From positions 5,520,001 to 5,584,000 of the forward strand of contig NC_087246.1 of NCBI RefSeq assembly GCF_037042905.1: DNA of 64,000 nt, given 5' to 3'. The notes under the pieces were generated by a model. The model saw nothing but the letters and a program-made list of their open reading frames with translations, was not told the origin of the DNA and did not search any database. Each line of letters begins with the position of its first letter. Position 1 is the first letter of the stretch. Positions 37,001 to 49,000 of the stretch are shown here, in pieces. The translations under genes and the position numbers were made by a program. The stretch comes from Lytechinus pictus (taxonomy: Eukaryota).

Positions 37001-40000
37001 TATTTTCATTTCAATGTAACAACACCGACCAGTTTCATTTCTAAGTTTTCTTTTTGAAATCCAATTAAACTTTGCACCCAGACTTTGCACACTAGTGCCT
37101 TTACAAAAAAAAATTGGTTGACAGAAGATAATGATGAACATTTTTGAGGGATTTTTCAATATGTGCCATTCATCCTCTTCAGACATGTACTTAATCTGAA
37201 AAAATGTCTAATTTTGATGTGTGTATTGTATTTAGGTAGTCACAAGATATACACAGTAAAACACACAAAAAGTAAATATTTTAGTTTCAAATTGATTTAA
37301 TCTTTCTTTGAGGAAAAAGAAACGTATGAATTTAATATGCTGACATAAACCAACACATATCTGTACAATCTATGTATTTTCTCTGTAGACTACTCAACAT
37401 TTCAAGCCTGGAGTTTTGGGGTAAAGCCATGAAATAAATAAGATATACCATTGCCCAAAACTGTTGGTACAAACAATAAAAAAAAATCACCAGATAAAAA
37501 AAAAACAGCATAAGACATCAAATTAAAAACAATAAAAACAAGAACAACACCAATGATAATAACAATGAGAATAATTTATAGGGACTTCAGCTTTTGCCTC
37601 AAAAAAAGAAAAAGAGAGAGAAAAAAAAACATTGTCAAGGCTGTACGGTATAGTGAAAAACAGAAAATTGAGACTTACATTTCGGGTGTTGGCAATCTTC
37701 TCTCAGTATCTCTAATATACTTTCATTCAGCCTGAAGTTTCCTGGCACAGCCTTGACAGTGAGAGAGAGACATGTAGAAGGGATATTAAACTCAATATGG
37801 CATTCAAATACTGTACAAGGAAGAATTAATCTTATTTTCTTGATTGTGTAAAGAAAAACTTTCATCTTTATTTATCAAACTATCATACAAACAGGGATAA
37901 GATAGGATAGGATTAGGACTTATTCTATTTATACACAGTTAAAAAGCCCAAACAGTTCACAGACTGATTTCCATTGGGGCCGTGTGGAACATAATATACA
38001 ATTGACATTTTAAAACCAGTGTTTGACGAACAATATATATGAAAAAACAGAAGCATCAAATAAATATTACAAAGGAATCATTGAAAGGTGAAGAGGAGGG
38101 GAGGAGAAGAAAAAAGGAAGAAGGTAAAAGTGAGGAGAAGAAAAGGACAACGGAGAAGATAACAGAAGAAGAAAAGAAGAAGAAAAAAGAACAATAATGA
38201 TAATAAGAAGAAGACAAAGAAATTATATACCGTTCTCAAAAACATCAATAACATACAACATAAAATATCTATCGGTAATTCGAATTTTGCTTGACCGCTG
38301 CATCAGTTATAAATACGTTTTGTGTCCATCGGCCAGTGGGACCAGACTTTTAGTACCAGTCTGCTCTAACCCAACATGACGAGCTGACAACAAGATAATT
38401 TGTTTTAAACAGGTGTTTCAACAATACAGACATTTTCATTTATTATTATTTGTTTGGCATCACCTGTGCCTGGGAGGCAAAAAGCGACCTAAATCACTAT
38501 GACCCGTAGGTCTCTCCTCCCAATATAAGTGATTGGGGGAGTGCAGGTGGACCACTACACCAGGGTTTCCCCCTACTCTTATTAACGTGCAAAGGTAGTG
38601 ACTCTTCTCTACACGGGGCCTCCATCTAACGTCCTATCCAAGAGACAGAGTGTTTTCCACTGTAACATAGCCTGCATCTATAGAACGGGAGAGACGTTTA
38701 CACACAATGCACTGGCTTCAGTCATCCGCCCTGGTGAACTCAAACCCACGATCTTTGGTTCGACAGGCAGATGCTTTACCGACAGCCAATTTCACTCATT
38801 TGGCGTCAGTTTCTCGGAGCAACAAGATAAAGTCAGATTCTAATTTTGCTTGTCTAGTTCTTAATGATGCATAAGTACATTTTGTGGGCATATCAGGTAT
38901 CACTATCAGCGAACAAAAATAACCATAATTTGAGTAATATTAAAAGTTTATTATTTCAGATCTATGCAACAACACACATAAATTATTATACAAAACATGT
39001 TCATTATTATGTACATCTTTCATAATAAGTGAGCTCTAAAATAGCGCAAATTGTCAGAAAATGCTGAAATTAGTCAATTTTGTAAGTAGTTATATATTGG
39101 TATATGTCTTTTTTTCATGATGATTCTTTCATATTAAGTTGGCATGAAATTATCACAAGGGTTTCCTCAAAACAATGTTTGTAGAGACAAAAAGAGTAAT
39201 TACTGATATTTTGCTTCTGCAGCAGCCAGCCAGTCAGCCCAGTAGGGTTATCATCTGCACGCCACATGGAATATCAAAATCCCCGTGGAATGATTTGTCA
39301 ATGATTGGGATGATTTTGTATTCCTATAGATTTGTGAATGTATTGTGCTTGAGTTTCCTATCCTTCCTAACACCTCCCTGTATTAACCTACCAACATTTC
39401 TAAATCATAGATTACCAGTACAAAGAAGTTGAGATCATTATATTGTCAATTTTTCATGCATTTAATATGAATTCCATTTCTTATATGTTCTGTATTTGAT
39501 TTCTTATGTATTGTTGATCGTCTTCTAAAATTGTACTGTTTTTGTGAAAATTGTGTTCTAGAATAAACTGTTGATCAAATTAATATCAGCAATAATGATG
39601 GATTAGGATGTGAAGTGTCTATGTCAACAAGTATTGTTCATTGTTGTAGCATTTTTTTCTACATGTAAGCCAACATATGAGTAGAAAATGCACTGTGACC
39701 CAACAATCCTTGGTAAGTTTTAATAAACTTGGTTCCAAAAGATGTGGAAGCCCCCCCAAAGAGTTGGCAAAAACATGTAGCATATTACGGCATATGGCAG
39801 TTGGACAGGAATCACAACTTTTGTGCGCTGAAGGGGGAGGGAGGGGTTATACTAAGTCCCCCATATTGGTTTAGGGTTAGCCTTCGTAACATAATGATTT
39901 GCATCATTAACAGTATGTAAATGATCAAGAAAGCCTTAAGAGGTCTTTATTTCATCCATTTCTATTGAAATAATTATTTAAAAACATATTTGTTAATGAT

Positions 40001-43000
40001 TTGACTTCATTCATGTGATAGAGGTTACCAACTTCTTAAAGGGGAAGTTCACCCTGGCCATATATTGGTTTTAATAAAAGCAGAAAAGTTACAGAAAAGA
40101 GATGGTGAATATTTGATGAAAATCCATCAAAGACTTAGAAAATAATTAATTTTCAAAGTTTTTAATTGATGATAACTTTGCGAGCAGCTTCATATACATG
40201 TACATGAATTCTGATTTTAACTGTATATTCACAAGGACTAAACTACTTTTCTTATAGGAAAGAGGATGAAATGATGCGTCTAATGATATATCAACCACAC
40301 AAATAAAATCACTTTCATGAATTCATAAATCATTATCCTTTGACAGATTTTCATCAAATCTTCACCAATAATTTCCCTATTTTTCCTGCTTACAAACTTA
40401 TTGCCAGGGTGACCTTTTGATAATAACAATAAATGGGCGCCTATCATGCTGCTTCTCCAGTGCCTGAATTAGAATATTACAGTACCTGATAAAGTCCATG
40501 TTCTGTGCTACTCCTGAAAACCATCCCATCATTCTCCAGCTTCTCAGTAACATTCTTGAAGACATTCTTTATCTGTCTGCCTCGTTGATGTGGTCTATCT
40601 GCATCCTACAAATTCAATAATCCCATATCTGAATTTAGCTACATTCTATCACTGTATTTATAATGACATTAGCAGCTCAATCCTCACTCAATTTTTATTC
40701 AATATTTATGTCAGTTAAAATTAACATTTAATTTTTCTCCAATTCATCCTTGTATTTAGCTTTGGTGTAGGGTTAATGATAAATTGCCAATTTGTCTACT
40801 GCCAACTCGTCTACTCACCACATGTTCTATTTTCATTTAGCCTAATGCCATTCCGTCCATCAACATTTCTTCTAACAACCATTTGGTCCAATCATCACTT
40901 CGTCTGATCACCATTTCGTCTATGACCATTTCGTCTCACAACCAGTTGGTCCAATATCCATTTCATTTTAATTCATTTTGCACAATTTAACACTTAGTCC
41001 AATTAGACCAAATGGTATATGGATTAATCTGACTATTGGACCAACTGGTTATTAGACGGAATGGCATTAGACTAAATGAAAGAAGACCATGTGGTGAGTG
41101 GACGAACTGATGGTGGACCAAATAATAGTAGACGAGTTGGCAATTGGATGAATTGGCATTAGACGAATTGGAAATAAACCGGGTCAATAATGTCTATAAC
41201 TGTATCAGACATCTGAGCAGGGCAACTTTAATACATTGTTGCCTGCTTTCAGACTGTGATCAAGTGGTCGGTCAATAAGTTTTCACTTGTTTAACCACAG
41301 ACAAATTTATTGCACGCTCAGGAAAGTCTATGAGAAAATGCGTGGAAATGTAGCGGGCAATAAGGCAGAGAGCTAACATCCGCGTATTCTACACATTTTT
41401 GTAAGCTTAATTGAACCGCACAGTGCTACGTCACAATGTTATTGTTAATCAAGTTGAGACAACGTTGGATACTGTTAAATAAATATATACCTAGTTTGGG
41501 CGATATATGTCGTATTGCCCCGAGGCCAGTCTATATTGCTTTATTATCACCCGTATAGGACATCTGAGCTGGTCATTTACAAAACTGTATTGCCCTAGAT
41601 TTTCTGAATATCGGGAAGGGAAAAGTACATGTATGTTGTTTGTATTTTGCTCAGTCTCTCAGTTCATATTGACTTTGCATGCAGAGATGACGCAAAATAT
41701 AATGTACCTTTGTATTTTCCCTGGTCTCACATCTGGGCATTTGACATTGCGTGTCAAAATAATGCATGAGATACGCTTTTTAATGATCCGCGCACCAACA
41801 ATATACGTCATAATAAAGACAACGTTGGATCCGGACGCTTACAAGTATGTCATAATGGTAAAGTGCTGAGTCTAGACCCTAATATCAACATGACACAATA
41901 GAAATCTGATTTGGATGATTATAAAAATATTGACTGGCTCTTCTTTCGGGGAACATCAAATATGTTGCCCTTAAAAGAACCATATTGCCCTTGTCTAAAG
42001 ACTCGGGCCAATATGATTCTTTTGCTGGCAATAGATTTGATGTTCCCCTCAAGGCCAGTCAATATTATACAATTATACTCCTCCACGTCATAACTGTTGA
42101 GGCCATACAAATCTAGTAATTATAAATTGAATGGTGACAGGTACTTTGGGGGGTATTTACCAAAACTAAAAATATGCTTCACCACAAAGTGGTGAAACAT
42201 TTTGTAAAAGCAGAAGCAGAAGTTAGATAATCAATTGATTGTTTTATATGCCCACCTCTTGATATTCATGGCAAGGTAATGATGCTATCTCTAACAGTTC
42301 AGCCACTGTTTCAAGCTCATGAAGATAAAAGTTCTGAATGATCTTTTCCTGCAGGAGCTTCAGCAACTTTATATGCACTTCCCCAATCAGCTGAACCTTT
42401 GAATAAATAACCACAAAGAGAGGTAAATACAATAACAAGTTAGTTTTCCTTTCCGAGAAACTTAATGTAGTTTATTTCCAACCTCATTTGACTGTCATTT
42501 CTTATTGATTTGAGGGTTATTCTCAGGGGCACCCCCCTTAGCATCCTTCACTGAGTGGGAAGTCACAAGCAAACTGGTACATTATGACCTCTTTTTTAAA
42601 ACTCCTTATTAAAACCGCATTAATTTATTACTGCCACATCCATTTAGTGGATGTGATGGGCGGAACCTTACTTCATTACCTGAAATTATTTCGGGAAAGC
42701 ACTTTTTTACTTTAATGATATCAAAGTAATCCAGCAAGTGATACACTATGTCACAGGGGAAACTGCATACTTTCATGTCAATCATGATTTTTCATATATA
42801 AGATACTGAATAGGTGTGTGCCCCCCCCCCCCCTTATAGCATTACACTTTATCAAAAAGATGCTCAATCTATCAAGGAATCCAATGAAATTACCATCACT
42901 GGATTCCTAGACGATTACTCACCTCTCTTTTGAGAGCAGTCTTATCCTCTAATGCACAGACGCTGGGACCACCTTCTGAGACAAATGGAAGATCATACAC

Positions 43001-46000
43001 AGACTGGTAAAGAATAGGTATCTCCTCCATTCTTTTCATCTCCGTCTGGTAGCTAGGGTCTTGAATTTTCCCTAGGAATTTTGAAAAGATGATTGTATCT
43101 CTGTACTACTTACTTCATTTACTTTAATTCCTTTAACGCACAAAGAACCTTTAGCAATTGGAGCTAAAGCTTCACGATATTCTTCCACTCATCACTAAGA
43201 TGTTCAACCTTTCTTTGTCCTCCGGTCTCTTCCCCGAACCGTTCAAGTCATCTCTACTCCTTCCTCTCCTCAAGAAGCCTGCACTCGACCCAAATTCACT
43301 TAATAATTACCGGCCCATCGCAAACCTTCCTTTTTTGGGTAAGGTTCTGGAGAGAATAGTGTCGTCACAGCTCAGAGTTCATCTTGAGGGATCTGGCTTG
43401 CTTCCTGTGCCTCAGTCTTCTTATAGGAACCATCATTCGACAGAGACTGCGTTGGTTAAACTTTTCAACGATTTTCTACTTGCTGTGGATAAGGGCGATG
43501 AAGTAGCGTTAGTCCTTCTGGACTATACAGCTGCTTTTGACACTATTGATCACAACCTGTTACTCGATCGTCTTGAGAATGAATTCTCCATCACTGGAAC
43601 TGTCCTACAATGGATCCGCTCATACCTTCATGGTCGTTCCCAACAAGTAATAATTAATGATACACTTTCTAAATCATTCCCTCTAACTTACGGAGTTCCA
43701 CAGGGTTCCGTCGTCGGCCCACTCCTTTTCATTCTCTATACCAGTCCACTTTCAAATCTTATACAATCTCACCAAGGTGTTCAGCATGTGATGTATGCAG
43801 ACGATACACAAATTTATGTAACACTTAAACCTGACGGCAAGGTTGAAGCAGCTCAAAAGCTTCAAAGCTGTATTGAGGACATTAAGGTCTGGTCTCGTAA
43901 AAACAGACTCTGCCTTAATGAACGGAAATCTGAATTTATCCACATATCATCAAAGTTCAGAAATACCACTCCATTCCCTGATTTATTTTCTGATACTGTT
44001 TCTCTGAAGGGTAGTGAGTGGGTACGCGACCTCGGTGTGATGATCGACAATAAACTTACTCTTCAACATCATATCAAGCATATTTGCAGGTCTGCGTCAT
44101 ACGGTATTTTCAAAATTGGGAAGATTAGGAAACTACTTGACCGACCCACAACTGCCAAACTAACACATGCATTTGTTTCCTGTCACCTAGATTATTGTAA
44201 CGCAATATTTTCTAACCTCCCTCGTACATACCTACTTCCACTTCAACGGGTTCAAAACTCTGCTGCTAGACTGGTCTCTCTTTGTAGGAAATCTGAGCAT
44301 ATTACCCCAATCCTGCGTTCTCTCCACTGGCTTCCCATACATCATCGTATATCTTTCAAAGTCCTCCTCCTTACCTACAAAATTCTGAATGGTCAATCCC
44401 CCAAATATCTCACAGATCTCATTTCTTTACGTTCTAGCACCTCCTCAAGACCCCTCCGTTCATCATTTACATTGCAGTTAACTCCTGGACCTCGCACTTC
44501 TACAAAATATGGTGACCGTGCTTTTTCTTCTATTGCCCCTTCTCTTTGGAACAAGCTACCCTCTTACATGCATAGTGCCAAGTCCGTCAGTCAGTTTAAG
44601 GCCCTGCTCAAAACATACCTTTTCAATCAATGAATCCCAGTTGTGGGTCGGTCATTGGAGGTGCACACCAGTTTTAATCTGTTAGTATTTTTTTTTTCAT
44701 GATTTTTTTTGTCACACCTTGTGTTAATATGCCCATTTAATATTTTTCCCCCATGTAAAGTTAAATTCAGAACACAGTGCGCTTAGAAACGCCCGTATTA
44801 AGCGCCCTATAAATGTTTTGTATTATTATTATTATTAGTAATAAATGAGTAACCGAATAGGCACCCAGCTTATCCGTGCCTCATAAATGCCTTATTATTA
44901 TTATTATCACTATCGTTATTATTATTGCTATTGTTATAATTATTATCATTATCATTATTATTATTGTTATCATCATTATTATCATCATCATCATTACTAA
45001 TATCAAAGTCTGAGTCATCATCTAGACAATGCTTAGTAACATAATTAAACGAATATTTTGCATAAATGATAACATGTAAATGACAAAAATGTTAAAGTTA
45101 TCATAACAGAAAAATATAGATATAAACTACAAATCATATAATTCATTCACTGATTAAAACCACTGAAATAAAAGATATGAATTGATAATTAGGGGCACCA
45201 TTATCATCATCATCATCATAATTATCATCATGATTTATATATTTATAAATTGTAATGACATATTTACTGAAATAGGATGCAGACACCTCGATGTTCCCTC
45301 TGAATAATTTCAGCCTTCCCCTAACATGAATGAGATCACCCAGCTCATATGATGTTAGCACTTCTTGAGTGGAATCTTCCATTCTCTTAAAAAGGGATGC
45401 AGCAAGCTCACCTTCTGCATCTCCTGCAAAAATACGACCAGAATAAAAAAGTCAAAAGAAATCATAAGTTTAAATGAATAACAAATATCACCGATAGAGG
45501 AATCATGCTGAACGCAAGTGTATTTTTAAATGAATTTAAAAGAAAATTATTCCCAGAAATAAACATTCATATGTGAATATTTAAATCAATGGTATACAAG
45601 TGAAACAACTCTGGCAGTCTCGCAATCATTATAACCATTCAATATAGGAATGTTGATTTCATTATATTAATTACATTTTCTCTTTTTAATTTATCATGCT
45701 CTGGTTATGAATGGACAGTTTGATTTGAGCTCTTGAGATCCATGGATTTTGTGTTCTAGGGCTGCTGAGATTCTTATTTCCACATTAAACTCCTCTCAAT
45801 TCTTATCTTTGTGGGTAACACATCGTTGGGGTTCATAGTCTCTTCTGGACTTTTGTAATGAGTATATGACAAGGGGCAAACGAAACGCTGCTGATGATCT
45901 CGTAAGGACTAATCGGGGAGAGGTTTAGAAAGTGTCAGAGGCCAACAGTGAATAATAATGATAATACCAAACATGCTTATATAGTGCATATCACTGCCAA

Positions 46001-49000
46001 ATGCATCCCTATGCATTTTGAAGAAGACAAAAAGGGCAAAAAACAGATAAATTTGCTGGCAAACGCACTAACTCATTTAAAAGTATTTTTAAATAAGTAT
46101 GTTTTCAAAGTGGATTAAAACTTGGGTGTAGAAGAGTTCTTTACATATGATGGGGAGGTATTCCAAAGTGAAGTGGCAGCATGGGCAAATGATCGTTCTC
46201 CATAATACTTGGTCTGAACATTAGAACAATTTAAAAGATGATTCTGAGCTGATCTAAGATTGTGAGAGGGTACATACTGAACTAAACATTCAATAAGATA
46301 TTTTGGAGCCATTGCATGGAGACACTGATAAGTTAAAAGCAGTACTTTAAAAATTAGATGCGACTGGACTGGGAACCAATGTAGACAGGTGTGATGTGGG
46401 AATGTTTTTTTAGTACGGGTAACTAGCCATGCTTCAGAGTTCTAAATTACTTGTGATTTGTTAATTTGGGAATCGGGCATCATATAGAGCAAACTATTAC
46501 AGTAATCTAAATGACAAGCTGCTTAAAGTGGTCTTTGAAAACGCCAATGCCACCCAACTATCCAAATACATCTGGGACCTTAAGGACAGCAAAACCAACT
46601 ATGCCATCAACTGGAGCATTATGAAGCAGGCACATCCATACAGCAGTCAATCCAAGAAATGCCAACTTTGTCTCACTGAAAAGCTGTGCATTGCATGTGC
46701 AGACCCCACCAAGTCACTCAACAAGAGATCCGAGCTGGTCTCTACTTGCAGGCATACAAACAAATACGAGCTAAAATACCACAACACCCGCCCAAAAAGA
46801 TAGATTAAGCTTGTTTCTGAGTCTGCACATGCTATGTCCAGTCTTAAATCCTACCGCTATTTGTCATTTTTCTGGTATTTTTGTCATTTTTATTTTTATT
46901 ATTTTCCTTGTTTTGTCATCGATAATTTACATGTATTTATACTGTCCTACACTTTAATTTGAACGCCTGGGGAGCGTTTCATGAGAGGACTTGTCGGACG
47001 TTTTATCCGACAATTAAGTCCCATTTTATCCGACAGTTACCATAGTAACAGTGCCTTTCGGCCCATCAGGATCAAGGAAAGATGTCAGATCTGACAACTT
47101 GTCGACAGAAATGTTGATGAAACGGTCCCCCGTTCTACACTTTGATTAATATGTCTTGTAATCAATTAAAATGGCTGTAATTGAAATGTCTTATAATCGA
47201 TTTCCCGATTTCCAAATGTACAACCGATGTATATGTAAATGTATAACCGATTCCAAGCTGACCCGTGGTATCCCTGGTAGTAACTGTTTTAATTGCAAGC
47301 TTTAAAATGCAACGTTATTCTCTGTTTCTTCATCGACGGCCTCATGATTGCTTCTCAAAGCATGAAACTGGCAGTAGCCGTGTTGATTGAACCATCCTAC
47401 CTCGCATTATATATATACACAATGCAATTTTACTACCCAGAAAAGCGCATATTATCACATGAGATTTGATGCATTGGAAGGAAACATGATGGGAATGTGG
47501 ATCATTAAGCCAAATTCAAATAAGAACAGAAAGACAATGTTCATAAGAGCTTTGGAAATAAATGGAAACATAATTACTAATGAACAAAATATTTTGAAAG
47601 AGTTTAATGAATATTTCACTTGTATAGGTATGAAATTTAATGAAAATATCAATAACAATTTAGTAATATCACACAAAATTTACTTTGTGATTAAAATTGG
47701 TCTCTTTAAGAATTCATAGCTTTTACAACCTGCCAAGGAAAGCAACATTAACAAAAATTATGATATAAAATTATGATATAAACAAAGGTCATGGACATGA
47801 TAAGATTCATCTTACTTTATCATGGGTACCCAATAGGAAGAAATATCTAAAATGCTTGAGCGCCTAGGCAGCCCAGCTACAGCCAGGGTAATAATGATAG
47901 CAGGGCCCACTGGGAGAATTGTTTTCAGAACTGAAGTGGTTACCCTGGGTAAATATACCGTTATTATTACTATCATTATTATCTTTATTATCATTATTAT
48001 TATTATCAGAAATCTTTGAAGAAACAAATTCACATTGTATTGACTCATTTGTGCAATATCAATTATTTAGAAATAGAACATGGCATTTTCCATTATGTCA
48101 TAAAAAGTGACTATTTTATAGCAAGATGTTTGAGAAATATGTAATAAGTTTATCATTTTTATTGAGAAAAATATCAAGTTCTTAAAAAAATCATAGTACT
48201 TGCCATGAACATTTGCATTATGCTGATAAGATAGCACACGCTTTTAATTGCAACAGATATTTAATTGTGTTTTTAGATCTACCAAAAACACTTGATTGAT
48301 TGATTTTAATAATTTATTTAATTAATTATATTATTATGGAATAAGAGGAACTCATCTTTTACTATTAAAAAGTTATTTATTGAATGTAAAACAATATTTA
48401 TGCACTGGCAATAGTAGTTCTGAATTTAGTGATATCAATTTAAGTGTTTTTTATGATAATGTCCACTTTAAAACTATATTATGAAATGGAAAAATATATA
48501 TATAAAACAAATTTCAGAGCAAATAAGTTCAGAAAGAAATGGTTTCATTTCAGAAACTTTTTTGAACAAGCTGGCAAACTGTCACGTTAACAAACATAAT
48601 TATTACTAATGTTTATTTCTTCGACGAAGATTCTGCTAGGATCGAAAGCTTAGGCCCCTTTTGACTTTCTAATTTACTCCATTGGCTCTCTTTTATTAGA
48701 TAAGCAGTTTTCAGCAGCTTCTTTTTGCCTTAGATATTTGTATCAGATCTCTTAGTTTTCTTGCCAAATTTGCTTTGACTATGACAACTTATTGATTATA
48801 TACTAAGTCAGTTTGACTATATGTCTATGTATTAGGAATTATGTATATAACATGTTTATTGACTGTTTGTATGAAAAAATGTAAATGTTTATACAGTGTA
48901 ATGAGTTTGTTTTTTTAATAAAGAACCCTGTGGAGGGGAAAAAGGGAAAAAATATATATATTTTTTTATCATACATCATTGACTTGTCATGTGTTATATT

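Larger units (their letters stand above)
46528..47460 (+). mobile_element. Penelope-like (possibly Naiad-type) 3' fragment: GIY-YIG C-terminal region + 3' region with hammerhead motif
   Basis: TQLSKYIWDLK..WSIMKQAHPY..CQLCLTEKLCI..LNKRSELVSTCRH (46528-46803); HHR fold at 47336-47381. Confidence 0.75.

Noticed and set aside
45875..45940. cgaaacgctgCTGATGAtctcgtaaggac as another hammerhead
   Set aside because: No GAAA directly after a well-formed stem II and no convincing stems I/III; at best a very decayed relic
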